Below, piece after piece: positions 1 through 10,800 of a DNA stretch of 30,012 bases; position 1 is the stretch's first letter; each line of letters begins with the position of its first letter. The notes under the pieces were generated by a model. That model was not told the origin of the DNA, did not search any database, and worked only from the letters and a program-made list of their open reading frames with translations. The position numbers were made by a program, and so were the translations under genes. Origin of the DNA: a virus. Its lineage: Duplodnaviria; Caudoviricetes. The stretch covers positions 1-30,012 of the IMG/VR virus record IMGVR_UViG_3300017909_001926; one strand, given 5' to 3'.

Positions 1-711
1 ATACAGTCGAAAGTTCTTGCCAATACGGATAGTGGATTTAGTATTGTTGATTGGACGTATAGTACAACTAGCAACACTGTCGGGCACGGACTAAGCTCTG
101 CGCCAGAAATGATACTTGTAAAAGGGTACGATTCAAGCTCCAGTTTAGAATGGATTGTTTGGCACAAAGCCATTGGAACTATGGCCAATAGAAAGTACCT
201 AAAGCTAAATGAAAACATTACTACAGCCACAGGGACAAACGCCATATGGGGAGACTCAGATCCTACAACTACAGTGTTTGGGCAGGGATCAGGGTTAGCT
301 TTTGATGGTGACGGATGTATTGCCTACTGCTTCCACAGTGTCGATGGTTTCAGTAAATTCGGTAGTTTTGAAGGTAACGAAGAGGCTGGGCAATCCGACG
401 GAGCCTTTGTATACACAGGGTTTGCTCCTGCTTTTGTTATGATTAAAAACTTCGACAGTGCGGCTAATTGGATTATTCTCGATAATAAGCGGCCTAATAC
501 AAGTGGGTCAGCATTTAACCCTAAAGATACAAGTTCCGGTTTGTATCCTGACTCATCAAGCGCAGAAAGCACTGATGCTACATATCGGGGCGACTTTTTT
601 TCAAATGGTTTTTCTGTTGCTTCAGGCTCAACAGCGTGGAACAACGGAAACAATACATTTCTTTTTATGGCATTTGGTGAGACACCATTCAAATACGGTA
701 ATGCGAGGTAA
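1..711 (+). CDS. Tail fibre / receptor-binding protein, C-terminal part (5'-truncated by window)
   Basis: Frame is open from base 1 (IQSKVLANTDSGFSIVDW...TVGHGLSSAPEMILVK). G/S/T-rich beta-type sequence with motifs GFSKFGSF, FVYTGFAPAFVMIK and MAFGETPFKYGNAR, typical of marine phage tail fibres. Confidence 0.75.
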   Translation: MQSKVLANTDSGFSIVDWTYSTTSNTVGHGLSSAPEMILVKGYDSSSSLEWIVWHKAIGTMANRKYLKLNENITTATGTNAIWGDSDPTTTVFGQGSGLAFDGDGCIAYCFHSVDGFSKFGSFEGNEEAGQSDGAFVYTGFAPAFVMIKNFDSAANWIILDNKRPNTSGSAFNPKDTSSGLYPDSSSAESTDATYRGDFFSNGFSVASGSTAWNNGNNTFLFMAFGETPFKYGNAR

Positions 712-717
712 TAAATA

Positions 718-1170
718 ATGTGGACTTATCAAGGTCTTAGAGTAAGAGAAGGCCGGTCATGGGCTAACAGTGACGGTGTTCAGCACCCTTCAAACTGGAA
801 CATTTGGACAAATGATCAGAAGATAGCCGCAGGGTTAGCTTGGGTAGATGATCCGGTGGTGTCCGCTCCTGTGATTGATCTTGCAACACAAAAAGCAAAT
901 GCGATTGCTACGGTGAAAGCAAAAGCGGGGGATTTACTAGAAAAAACAGATTGGCAGGTCATAAAGGCTACAGAAGTGTCGGACTATACTGTCCCATCTG
1001 AAGTGACCACCTATCGTGCGGCAGTGCGTACTGCAAGTAATACTATTGAGAGTGCGATTAACAATGCGGCGGATCAAGCGGCATTTAATGCTTTAAGTGA
1101 TGCTCCTGTTGATGAAAACGGAGATCCTACTGGCAATGCCCCAATAGACGATTGGCCTGACGAAATCTAA
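718..1170 (+). CDS. Tail fibre assembly chaperone-like protein
   Basis: Directly follows the fibre gene. LLEKTDWQVIK...YRAAVR...WP pattern resembles phage tail-assembly chaperone domains. Confidence 0.65.
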   Translation: MWTYQGLRVREGRSWANSDGVQHPSNWNIWTNDQKIAAGLAWVDDPVVSAPVIDLATQKANAIATVKAKAGDLLEKTDWQVIKATEVSDYTVPSEVTTYRAAVRTASNTIESAINNAADQAAFNALSDAPVDENGDPTGNAPIDDWPDEI

Positions 1171-1349
1171 TGATGGACTCGACGCAAAGCCAACTAGAAA
1201 AGCACGAGGCTGAATGCGCTATCCGCTACCAGTATGTACAGGATAGTTTGCAGTCATTGGATAAGCGTATGTGGCGTTTAGAAGCCATGATCATGGGATC
1301 TACACTAGCTATTGTAGGTACTGCTGTAGCGTTACTGGTCAATGTGTAA
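1170..1349 (+). CDS. Small XhlA-like membrane protein (59 aa)
   Basis: Not in ORF track. MMDSTQSQLEKHEAECAIRYQYVQDSLQSLDKRMWRLEAMIMGSTLAIVGTAVALLVNV: coiled coil plus C-terminal TM helix, TAATG-coupled at both ends. Confidence 0.65.
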   Translation: MMDSTQSQLEKHEAECAIRYQYVQDSLQSLDKRMWRLEAMIMGSTLAIVGTAVALLVNV

Positions 1350-1990
1350 TGAAGTACACGGAGCGGTGGTCAAAGAGTCGTAGAAAAATGGCTACGGGAG
1401 GACAGGTAACTCCCGGAGAACAGGCAAGAGATCTTGCTGAAGGATGGCGTCGTGCAACTCAACAGGAACCTCCCCGTTTTATTGCTGAAGCGGACCTTCC
1501 AGAGTCTTTTCGGACGGCACAGAAAGAAGGGCTTAAAATAGCAAAGCAACTATCCCAACAATTTAGGCAGGAATTTAGTGACGTAGACTTTAGTAACCCC
1601 ACTTCTTTTTCTGAAGAAACACGACAGCGACTTAACGAAGCTCAAGATCGTTACCGTAGAATACAAGACGAGAGAACAAAAGATCAAAGAGCAGTGATGG
1701 AGGCGTTTACTCGTCAAAATCCCCGTGTTCAAATTGTTAAAGACGTTGCAAAAGCTAGAGCGGAGTACGAAAGAAACATCGCAAAAAACACTGAAGCCCT
1801 AGCTAAAGCAAGACAAGCGTTGCCTCAACAACCAGCCCGTGCCGCAGAGATGGTTACTTACAAAATTCGAGGAACACCTTTTAGGGCTGTGGGGACTAAA
1901 GAGAAACGAGACCAGTACATTGACGACTACAACCGCAAGCAACAGATAGCCAAACTAGAACGTCAAAAAGCCGCACGGAAAAAAAGATAA
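1349..1990 (+). CDS. Hypothetical charged helical protein with MATGG motif (213 aa)
   Basis: Start reassigned to the ATG at 1349 (TAATG coupling). R/E/Q-rich helical composition. Confidence 0.6.
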   Translation: MKYTERWSKSRRKMATGGQVTPGEQARDLAEGWRRATQQEPPRFIAEADLPESFRTAQKEGLKIAKQLSQQFRQEFSDVDFSNPTSFSEETRQRLNEAQDRYRRIQDERTKDQRAVMEAFTRQNPRVQIVKDVAKARAEYERNIAKNTEALAKARQALPQQPARAAEMVTYKIRGTPFRAVGTKEKRDQYIDDYNRKQQIAKLERQKAARKKR

Positions 1991-2439
1991 TGTTCATCGA
2001 AACGATTGCCGCAATACAACTCGCTAACGAGGCAATCAGTGGTATTAAACAACTTGCAGGCCACGTTACGTCTGTCGGTCAAATGGGCAAGCACCTCACT
2101 AAGCTTGCTGATGCAGAAGAAGAGATACAGCGTAAAGCAGACGCAGGATGTATGGACCACTTCTGGGCTTTAGAAGAGATAAAGCAAAAAAATTATGAGA
2201 TAAAACAAATGTTTATCTACGCCGGTCGCCCCGGCTTGTGGGAAGATTATCAGAAATTTATTAAGAACAGGAAACAACTGAAAGAAAATGAGAGAAAAAG
2301 AATTATCGCACAGAAGGCGCGTAGGAGCAAAAGAATTAAGGAATGGAGTCTTGGCATCACTATTGCCGTTGCCGCCCTTTCTGCTATTGGCATATGCAGT
2401 TACTTCCTATATTGGCTCATAAGTACGAAAGGAAGATAA
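1990..2439 (+). CDS. Hypothetical protein with C-terminal TM helix
   Basis: TAATG-coupled ORF with a hydrophobic C-terminal segment (LGITIAVAALSAIGICSYFLYWLI). Confidence 0.7.
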   Translation: MFIETIAAIQLANEAISGIKQLAGHVTSVGQMGKHLTKLADAEEEIQRKADAGCMDHFWALEEIKQKNYEIKQMFIYAGRPGLWEDYQKFIKNRKQLKENERKRIIAQKARRSKRIKEWSLGITIAVAALSAIGICSYFLYWLISTKGR

Positions 2440-2440
2440 C

Positions 2441-2626
2441 GTGTGGACGGTATACGGAATAATCACCATAGCGATACAGCCCGGTATGCTACGGATAATA
2501 GACCGTAAAGAGTTTGAGAACCCGCAAGATTGTTTTAAGGAAGCAATGGTATTGATGCAAGACGCAGAAGACCCACGAGGAATGGCTTGTGTACCAATAC
2601 CAGATGATAGGAAAACAGGCGTATGA
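2441..2626 (+). CDS. Small hypothetical protein
   Basis: GTG start after AAGGAAG. Hydrophobic N-terminus, two Cys, ATGA overlap with the next gene. Confidence 0.6.
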   Translation: MWTVYGIITIAIQPGMLRIIDRKEFENPQDCFKEAMVLMQDAEDPRGMACVPIPDDRKTGV

Positions 2627-2937
2627 CAGAGCTAGAAAAGTATGACCTAAATGGTGATGGAGTCTTAGATGCTGAAGAACGTAAACTTATGCTTGAAGAT
2701 CGCCGTCGCCGTATTGAAGATGATGATAAACAACGTGATCAAATTCGCGTCATGGTTTGGTACGCGCTGGCAGGAATGCTACTCTACCCGTCTGGGATCT
2801 TTCTTTGTGATCTTTTCGGCCTTAATAATGCCGCTACTATTCTTGGTAATATCTCTGGTACTTATTTTATTGCAGTTTCGGCTCTTGTAGCCAGCTTCTT
2901 CGGCTTTAGCTCAATCCAAAAGAAGGGCGATAAATAA
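2623..2937 (+). CDS. EF-hand-containing two-TM membrane protein (holin-like)
   Basis: Canonical EF-hand loop DLNGDGVLDAEE followed by two hydrophobic helices and a basic tail. Confidence 0.6.
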   Translation: MTELEKYDLNGDGVLDAEERKLMLEDRRRRIEDDDKQRDQIRVMVWYALAGMLLYPSGIFLCDLFGLNNAATILGNISGTYFIAVSALVASFFGFSSIQKKGDK

Positions 2938-3317
2938 TGCTAGGTATTATTAGTTCCCTCGTAGGTCCTGCTGTCGACTTAGCAACCGGGTACGTCAAGG
3001 GCAAAGCGGAAGAGAAGAAGGCGATACAGAATGCAAAGATCAAGAAGATCGAGAACGACGCAAACTGGGAGGAAACGATGGCAAGTGCCACGAAGTCTTC
3101 TTGGAAAGACGAGTACCTCATCATCCTGCTCACACTCCCGCTTTGGCTTATTGGCTGGGCTATCGCGATGGATGACCCGTCAATGATTGAGCGTGTAAAT
3201 CAAGGGTTTAAAGCCCTGCAAGAGTTACCTGAATTTTATCAGTACCTCCTTTATACGGGGGTGCTCGCCAGCTTCGGCGTCAAGGGTGCCGATGCTATAA
3301 TGAAAATGCGGAAGTAA
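2937..3317 (+). CDS. Putative holin (3TM/GTA-holin-like)
   Basis: Amphipathic N-terminus, SSWKDEY motif, two further TM segments, ASFGVKG and a basic C-terminus. Confidence 0.6.
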   Translation: MLGIISSLVGPAVDLATGYVKGKAEEKKAIQNAKIKKIENDANWEETMASATKSSWKDEYLIILLTLPLWLIGWAIAMDDPSMIERVNQGFKALQELPEFYQYLLYTGVLASFGVKGADAIMKMRK

Positions 3318-3320
3318 AAC

Positions 3321-4736
3321 ATGGCTGAAGAACAAAAAGATCCTACTACTGGCGACGAGCTTGCCAAGAAATTAGCTGGTCAAACAGATCAAACCGAGCT
3401 AGACGAAGGTAAGAAGATTGAAGTTAGTAAACTTGAAGACGCTACTGACGCCGACACCAAAGTTGATTACGAAAAGTTGGGCGCGGCTCCAAAAGTTAAC
3501 GTGTCTTTAGGTGATGCTCCAGAGGATGTTGTTGCTCCAGAAAAACCGAAAGATGGTGCGTATGATGTAACGACTAGCACCACAACTGATAAAATTAAGG
3601 ATGCAACTGCCGCTCAGTTAACAGAAGACGAACTATCAAGTGGGACAATTATTACAGATGTTCCACAGGGTCAGCTTACTGATGGTGCCATAGCAAAGGC
3701 CGCACAATCTGAAGTGCAAGACGAGCAACTTGTAAGTTACCAGTTAGGAAAGTTATACGAATCAATTGAGGATGGTAAGCCCCTGCCGTCGTGGGCCGCT
3801 GGAGCCGCCCGTGCCGCAACAGCCGTTATGCAACAGCGAGGTTTAGGTAGCAGTTCAATGGCGGCGGCGGCAACCATTCAGGCTGTAATGGAAGCAGGAA
3901 CCCCCATAGCCGCCGCAGACGCCGCTGAGTATTCTAAGCTAAATATTGCTAATTTAAATGCGAGACAGCAGGCTGTTTTACAAAACGCTAACGCTGTTGC
4001 CGCGATGGATATGGCAAACTTAGATGCCCGAATGAAAGCGGCAGTACAAAACGCTCAATCCTTTTTAGCTATCGATTTAAAAAATCTCGATAATGAACAG
4101 TCCACGGCAGTTTTAAACTACCAAGGACAACTACAAGCACTCTTTACAGATGCCGCCGCAGAAAACGCAACACAACAATTTAATGCGAAGACTCAACAGC
4201 AGGTTGACGAATTCTTCTCAGAGTTGGGAGTTCAAGTAGACAACGCTAACGCAACACGAGCGACGGCAATGGAACAATTTAATGTAGATCAAACAAATTC
4301 AGTTGCAACATTCAATGCTAGTATTGAAGACGCACGTGAACGTTTTGATTCAACCATGCAAGTGCAGATTGACCAATCCAATGCGACATGGAGACGCACA
4401 ATTGCCACAGTAGACACTGCTTCTCAAAATGAGGCAAACCGACAAAACGCAATGAATCTACTGCAAGTCAGTCAGTCTGCACTTTCCGCTCTTTGGCAAC
4501 GGTACCGTGACGAGTCGTCATGGCTTATGCAATCTTCCGAAAATGCTCTACAACGAGTCCATGCGCTTTCTCTTCTTGAGTTTGAAAAAAACGCAAACGT
4601 AGATCTATTTGGTCTTGAGAGCAGTTACTCGACAATGGCCTCTCTAGGAAACGCGGCACTAGCGGCTATTTTTGGGATGATTGGTCCGCCGGAACCAATC
4701 AGTCAAGACCAAATTGAAACTGAGGATGGTGAATAA
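3321..4736 (+). CDS. Putative virion structural / internal protein (471 aa)
   Basis: A/Q/N-rich helical protein with RGLGSSSMAAAA and QFNA repeats, located in the late module. Confidence 0.55.
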   Translation: MAEEQKDPTTGDELAKKLAGQTDQTELDEGKKIEVSKLEDATDADTKVDYEKLGAAPKVNVSLGDAPEDVVAPEKPKDGAYDVTTSTTTDKIKDATAAQLTEDELSSGTIITDVPQGQLTDGAIAKAAQSEVQDEQLVSYQLGKLYESIEDGKPLPSWAAGAARAATAVMQQRGLGSSSMAAAATIQAVMEAGTPIAAADAAEYSKLNIANLNARQQAVLQNANAVAAMDMANLDARMKAAVQNAQSFLAIDLKNLDNEQSTAVLNYQGQLQALFTDAAAENATQQFNAKTQQQVDEFFSELGVQVDNANATRATAMEQFNVDQTNSVATFNASIEDARERFDSTMQVQIDQSNATWRRTIATVDTASQNEANRQNAMNLLQVSQSALSALWQRYRDESSWLMQSSENALQRVHALSLLEFEKNANVDLFGLESSYSTMASLGNAALAAIFGMIGPPEPISQDQIETEDGE

Positions 4737-5185
4737 TGTTTGACAGTTTACTAAATAGTTCTATCGGACAAGCAATTTCCGGTGCTTATCAGGGTAGTTT
4801 TGTTGAAACAGCCGTCGAAGGAGTGTCTAGTTTTTTTACAGCAGGAGCTAACACGTACGACGAGTTTCGTGCCTCACCCCTTGGCAGGCTGGCTTCTGCG
4901 GGCTATAATTATTTTCAAGATCAAAGAAAACAACAAATGAGAAACCTACCTCGCGCAAAACGAGTTAGCGCTCCTCGATCAGGTCGTCAACAACAATTGT
5001 CGGGGGCACAAAAAGCAGATCTTGGAATTACACCTCGAGTGCTTGCATCAGGAAAATCTGCTACACGTGCCAGATCAAATACTCCGATTGCGGCAACAAT
5101 TCGACAAATTGCGTATAAGAAAACTCGTCAGCCGTTAATTCAGGTAAAAGACACAAAAATTACCGTCAAGCCAAGGGCACGATAA
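4736..5185 (+). CDS. Hypothetical virion-associated protein
   Basis: TAATG-coupled ORF with a basic C-terminal half. Confidence 0.55.
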   Translation: MFDSLLNSSIGQAISGAYQGSFVETAVEGVSSFFTAGANTYDEFRASPLGRLASAGYNYFQDQRKQQMRNLPRAKRVSAPRSGRQQQLSGAQKADLGITPRVLASGKSATRARSNTPIAATIRQIAYKKTRQPLIQVKDTKITVKPRAR

Positions 5186-5186
5186 C

Positions 5187-5783
5187 ATGTTACCAAAATT
5201 TTCAAATGAACCGCGTATCGATAAGACTTCTAGTTTTAACCGTGCTCCTCCCGGTCATTCATTAACTGATACTCCGGGCAAATGGGCGTGGGAAAGGCCC
5301 CCACAATTTTCTGCGCCGAGTGAGGCAATGGATGCTTTGCTTGATAGCCTACAAAACCCAGATACTGAGGAGAGCTTAGTACAGATCTTATCTGCTGGCG
5401 TTTCGATAGAAGAGATCACCAACACAATAACTAAACTCGGTTTTATGGAAGGTAAATTTACTGTTGATGTCGCAGAACTACTCAAACCTAATCTTGCAGT
5501 TTATCTGATGGGGCTCTCTGTTGAAGCTGGTATTGACAACGTCACTAAAGTTTTTGCTACCCCAGACGGACTACCGCGCACAAACTACGGTATGGATGAT
5601 GTACAACTTCTCGAGATTATGAAGGACAGAAATCCTAATTTACATCGGGAGATTGTTTCTGAGATGCCCCGCCGAAAAGAACAAGAAAGTGCTAGAGAAC
5701 AACAGTTACAACAAGAGAGTTTTCTCGGAATGGCTGGGCCTTCAGAAAATAGTATGATGAATCGTGAGGAGGCCGGAAGCTAA
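5187..5783 (+). CDS. Conserved-type phage late protein
   Basis: PPGHSLTDTPGKWAWERPPQF motif, recalled from HMO-2011-like late modules (unverified). Coupled to the next gene. Confidence 0.6.
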   Translation: MLPKFSNEPRIDKTSSFNRAPPGHSLTDTPGKWAWERPPQFSAPSEAMDALLDSLQNPDTEESLVQILSAGVSIEEITNTITKLGFMEGKFTVDVAELLKPNLAVYLMGLSVEAGIDNVTKVFATPDGLPRTNYGMDDVQLLEIMKDRNPNLHREIVSEMPRRKEQESAREQQLQQESFLGMAGPSENSMMNREEAGS

Positions 5784-7894
5784 TGGCATTAGGTATACTT
5801 ACAGCGGGCTTTCTTAAAGGTGCCGCAGATAATGTTTCGGGAACGATTGCACAGGCGGCTGAAGAAGCCCGTGAAGACAGGCTTATTGAAGAAGAGCGGG
5901 AGTATCAGCGGGGAGTTACAAAACAAGAACAGGATTTTAGAAGAAAGGAAAGAGAGGCTGGTGAAGAAGCTCAACGCCTTCGCGACTTTGATCTGGCGCT
6001 GAACGAAGCGACTATGTTTCGTATGCAACAGGATGCAGAGGAACAGGTAAGAAAAGAACAGCGTAGAGACGAGATAGAAGACGCCGCCTTAAAAGACCTT
6101 CAAAACATTAAAGAGCAACAAAGAGTTCAAGCTATTATCGACAAAGATCCCAATGCGACGATAGCCTATGACCCGTCGATAGTAAACATTAGCCGACCAG
6201 CTAAATCTACAGCGGGCAAAACCGAGCCCGGTGCAGTTCTCTGGGATTTTAGTGGTGATTTAAGGATTGCCCCCTCCGTAGACCGCGAAAACACGACATC
6301 AAAAGAAGCAGTGAATGACGCCTTTAACTATTTACGGGCTATTCCTCGAGAAGAGATAGAAGGAGCTATTGAACTGCACCGCAAAGGCATGAACAAAAAA
6401 CCGTTCAATAATCTGGTCAGTTATATGATGCGGTATACTTCAGCAGAATTAACAGACTTACTGCGTGTAAGCGATACCAATGAAAGCAATGCGGGTCAAT
6501 TTCTTTATGAAAACCCCCTGACAAAGTTTGGTATTGATAAACTACTTCCTAACGTACAAGATCAGAAATATTTTTACGAACAGTTCTTTGAAAAGGCTGT
6601 TCCTGCTTTAAGCGGTACGGTTCATCAGGCTCTTGGCATTCCCCGAGTTGTAGATCTCGGTATAGAATTTGACGAGGACGGAAATCCATACTTTATACTT
6701 CCCGACTCCAGTGCTTACTCGTGGGCGACAGACAATGGCGAACTGGATGAAACTGTTGAGAAGCTTGCGATTGACATCTCACAGAAGTCTAAGATTCCTG
6801 TTCTGAATGTCCTCGGCATGTTTTCTCGTATGGACGCTCCGAGAGAGACTCGTATCAACGCAATGCGCGAAGTTGTTGAATTACGAGAGTCTTTGAAGGG
6901 TCAGTATCAGGATATGCCCAAAGGCCGTATGAGAATTTTTGCCGGGTTTGACGACGAACTGACACCCGCGTTACAGGCAGTGTATAGTCAGGCTCGGCGT
7001 CCCAGTCAAACTCAGAATGCGGCAGATGGAGTACAAAACGGAATTCAACGCGGAGTTGATCTTGTTCGTACTCTTTTACCGCCCCCGAAACGAGCCGCAC
7101 TCGGTCTAATTAATGTCGACGCACAGGGCAGACCAGATTTTGAAAATAAATACTACTTGGGTAAGTACGGCATTGACGTAGCCCAAGCTGGACAAAAAGC
7201 AGGATTTGCACAGGATACCTTAGCTCTAATTAAAGATATTCGCCTAGCACAGAAAGATGGTGGTTTGATTGGTGCTGGAGGACAGCTAATTACCATTGCG
7301 GAGGGCGTCAACGGTTTTGTCCGAGGTATGGGGGATATTCTTAGTCGTATGCAAAGAGACAATGTGAACATGGATCAGGATGTTCGTGTTCGTCTCGAAA
7401 CTTTGCAAAACCAAACTACAAGTATTCTTGACCAAGATCAGGTACAAGCGCAAGGTGTTATGAACTACCTGATTGAGGCTTTAGCTTTCGCCATTGCAGG
7501 CTCTCTACAGGGTGGTGCAAAGGGTAACAACATTTCAAACCAAGACATCCAGAATGTTAAAGCTGGATTAGGTATGGGTAAACTCTTTTCTTCTGAAGCT
7601 ATTGCGAATGGCACACTAGACTACCTCGAGAATAAGATGATGGCTGTCTACGAAGTTAACCGGCAGTTTGCAAATGCATCAAATGAGCAGGATTTTAGAT
7701 CAGTCTACGTCTATAACATGCTGATGGGTCATAGCTACGACAAAGATTTGATGGGAAGTTCGTATGATTTCTTCCGAAATGACACCAGTAACCCCGTGTT
7801 TTACGAGCAAGAAGGTCGCGCCGCACCGGGGGATGGGGCAGATATCACAGACCTTCTTCAGATGTACCCAGCGGTTAATCCACAAGGAACTTAG
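5783..7894 (+). CDS. Putative internal virion (ejection) protein, 703 aa
   Basis: N-terminal G-rich hydrophobic helix followed by an E/R coiled coil. Position matches podovirus ejection proteins. Confidence 0.5.
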   Translation: MALGILTAGFLKGAADNVSGTIAQAAEEAREDRLIEEEREYQRGVTKQEQDFRRKEREAGEEAQRLRDFDLALNEATMFRMQQDAEEQVRKEQRRDEIEDAALKDLQNIKEQQRVQAIIDKDPNATIAYDPSIVNISRPAKSTAGKTEPGAVLWDFSGDLRIAPSVDRENTTSKEAVNDAFNYLRAIPREEIEGAIELHRKGMNKKPFNNLVSYMMRYTSAELTDLLRVSDTNESNAGQFLYENPLTKFGIDKLLPNVQDQKYFYEQFFEKAVPALSGTVHQALGIPRVVDLGIEFDEDGNPYFILPDSSAYSWATDNGELDETVEKLAIDISQKSKIPVLNVLGMFSRMDAPRETRINAMREVVELRESLKGQYQDMPKGRMRIFAGFDDELTPALQAVYSQARRPSQTQNAADGVQNGIQRGVDLVRTLLPPPKRAALGLINVDAQGRPDFENKYYLGKYGIDVAQAGQKAGFAQDTLALIKDIRLAQKDGGLIGAGGQLITIAEGVNGFVRGMGDILSRMQRDNVNMDQDVRVRLETLQNQTTSILDQDQVQAQGVMNYLIEALAFAIAGSLQGGAKGNNISNQDIQNVKAGLGMGKLFSSEAIANGTLDYLENKMMAVYEVNRQFANASNEQDFRSVYVYNMLMGHSYDKDLMGSSYDFFRNDTSNPVFYEQEGRAAPGDGADITDLLQMYPAVNPQGT

Positions 7895-7896
7895 TA

Positions 7897-10800
7897 ATGG
7901 ATGAAATCAATAACCCAGATCTTGAAATTGTTGTTCCTGACGAAGACGAAGGTTCCCGCCTCACTCAATTCTCCGACGATACATTCGCTCCTCCGAATCC
8001 TCTTGCTGATGATGAAGAATCTAATCGTCGCCGTCAACAGTTTTTTGAAACAGGAGCGGAAGGACAAGTACCGTATCAAGCGAAGGGACGTGAGATAAGA
8101 AACGTACGCCAAGCGTTGCCTATTTTTGCACAGGGAACGAGTGCTGAATTTGATATCGTCGAGGGGATTGAAGAAGGATATGAGGTTCCCGCAGTAGAGT
8201 CACCAGCGGTCGCTGAACAACGTGCTCTACTTTCACACGCACAATTTTACAAAGTTAGCGATGGTACTTTGAAGCCCTTTACTTCAACGGGTATTGACGC
8301 CCGGTATAGAGAGCTTCAACTCAATGATGGCGTTGCCCTCGTTAAAAATAACCCAGACGGCACTCCTATTTTTCAAACAAACGCGCAGGGACGAAAAATT
8401 GCACCCACCGTCCCGCTACAGTCGTCGGTACGCAGAGAAGAAATGCTCACAGGACCTGAAGGTCCACTTCCAAAACTAGGTGGATGGGCGGCAGACGCAA
8501 TCGCTTCATACAAGGGAGTAAACAGCCTCGAAGAACTCGATGACAGGCTCAAGCAATTCGGCATGAGTGAGGTGGGTCGAACTTTTATGTTAGACGCACA
8601 CAAGTACGGTGCGCTCGATAATGAAAAGTCTGGGCAAGGCATGATGAATGCGCTGGGTTTTTTCGTAGAGATTCCTGATTTGGCACGAGTCATAGTAACT
8701 AAAGGCGTTACCGCCGGTATGGATCTCGTAAACATGTTGTTTGGAGAGGACAAAAGAACCGATGAATCTCTCGCTACTGCTATTGAAAAATTCTCGGACA
8801 AAGCCTCGTATGACTTCCCGAATATGCAACAAATTGTAGCTGAAAAGTACGGCATGGACATTCGGGTTGTACGGCACATGATGCAACCTCAAGGGTTTAA
8901 AGAGAGAGTACAAAAGTTAGGGCCAGAGTACGGCTCAATATACGGTGCTCTCGCAACTCGTTTCGCGTCAAAGTCTCTAAAAGAGTTCGGTAATCTTGAG
9001 AAGAAAGCCATTGAAAAACATGGTGGTGAGACCTTTGGCGAGGCAATGGAGAACGCTAAGAAAAAGGGCTCGAGCTATCAAGACTTTAAAATGGAGTACC
9101 TTACTGAAGAAGCTACCAAGCGTACGTTTCCGTTTTTTAAAGGGTTGCGACAGGCCGCACAAGAGCGGCGTATCGATACCGGCTTGGGGTTACGAGTTAG
9201 GGAGCCGGGAACAAAAGACCGGATAATGTTATTAAAGGACAACGTAAAAGGTATTGATGACCAGATTGATACCGCAGTAAAAGAATTACAAATCGCAAGA
9301 AGTGCTAACAATACAAAAGCAGTATCCCGTACTGAAAAACGTATTGCTGGATTAAATCGTCAAAAGGAAGTTCTCATATCTGAGACCCTCACTCCAAAGA
9401 TAATTCGAGACATGGGTGTGGAATTCGGATGGGCTGTTACTGGTGTTGGGGCTGTAACTGAAGGCGTCACACAGTTTTTTGGAAATGATCCCGAGACTGT
9501 TCCTCTTATTGAGTTGGGAGCATCGTTAGCTGTAATGATGTTTGCTAACCGCGAGGGTTTTGCAAATCTTGGCATAAGAGTGTCGCAAGAGTCTGAAGAC
9601 GCAGTAAGAAACGCGACGGCATTTATTACTTCAAAACCGGATTTTAGTGCAAAGACTGCCAGAGAACAGCGCGAGATTATTAAAAACGCTAAAGACTTAG
9701 ACAAGGCTACCAAAAGAACACTCACGGATATTGCTAATGCACCTCGCGACTTTCAACAACTATTCCTAGCAGGAGCCGCAGAGAGCGCATCAATTCGACG
9801 CGACTTAATTAAACTGTCGGAAATTAGTGGGGTTCAAATAGACGAGGATCTATTTATAAATACACTCGGTGATGTGTCGGGGATGGGTAGTCTAGTCACT
9901 CTTTCCCGAAATATTGACGAAAGAATTGCTGTAACAGGCTTTGATTCTGCCATTCCTCTACTTCTTCAGAAAGAACAAGTAAAGACAGACCAGCAGATGA
10001 TTCTTCGACAGATGGGCACAGCACTACAACAACTGACTCGAACACTCACGGCAACGGGTAGTGAAGTGGAGGGCAGAGAAACGGCTCAAAGACTGCACAC
10101 GTTACTGTCCGAATACATTGTAAAAGAGCAAGCACGAATTGCACAATCTGAGATTGACTTGCAACGAGTAATGACGATTGGGGATCGCGAAATTGAAGCT
10201 CTCCACTACGGAATGAATGATGTTGTTACCGGCGGGCTTGATGGGGCAACGACTTTAAGTGAGATATTTAATTACCAAGATCGTGCGTTAAAGTTGGGCC
10301 TCGAACCACAAACCCTTAAAGAGTTTCAAATGTCGCCTACTGAGATTATGATGCAACGTGCTCAGGCTCTTGACGATATATCTCAGCAGAGAGCAGATCT
10401 TTTTAGAACAAAAGGCTTTTCCTTAACCCCAGAAATGGCGAGTACCGGTGAGGCAAGTCTTCACGCCGCACAAGGATTTGTTCACGTCAATAAATACATG
10501 TACAACAAAGCCAACGGACTTTACAATAATTTTACCGTTGAAGCTGATAAGGTAAAGGCAAGGGCAGACATCTCAGATCTGGGATTTGATATTATTTCAA
10601 ATCCTGAAAGGTTTGTTGAATACAACGCGGAACTACTCGGCCCAAGAACTGCGTTGTTACGAGAGGGAAAGAAACTAACTAAAACTTCATCCGCACCTTT
10701 CAATGCTTTACTTCTAGATTCCGCAGAACGCTCCATGAAAATTGTTTCTGATAACATGGACCAAGTAAAGCCGGGTGCTTACAACAAACTAATCCAAACA

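Noticed and set aside
1271-1348. ORF-track 5' extension of the 239-aa ORF
   Set aside because: Overlaps a better 59-aa gene (1170-1349). TAATG coupling supports the start at 1349.
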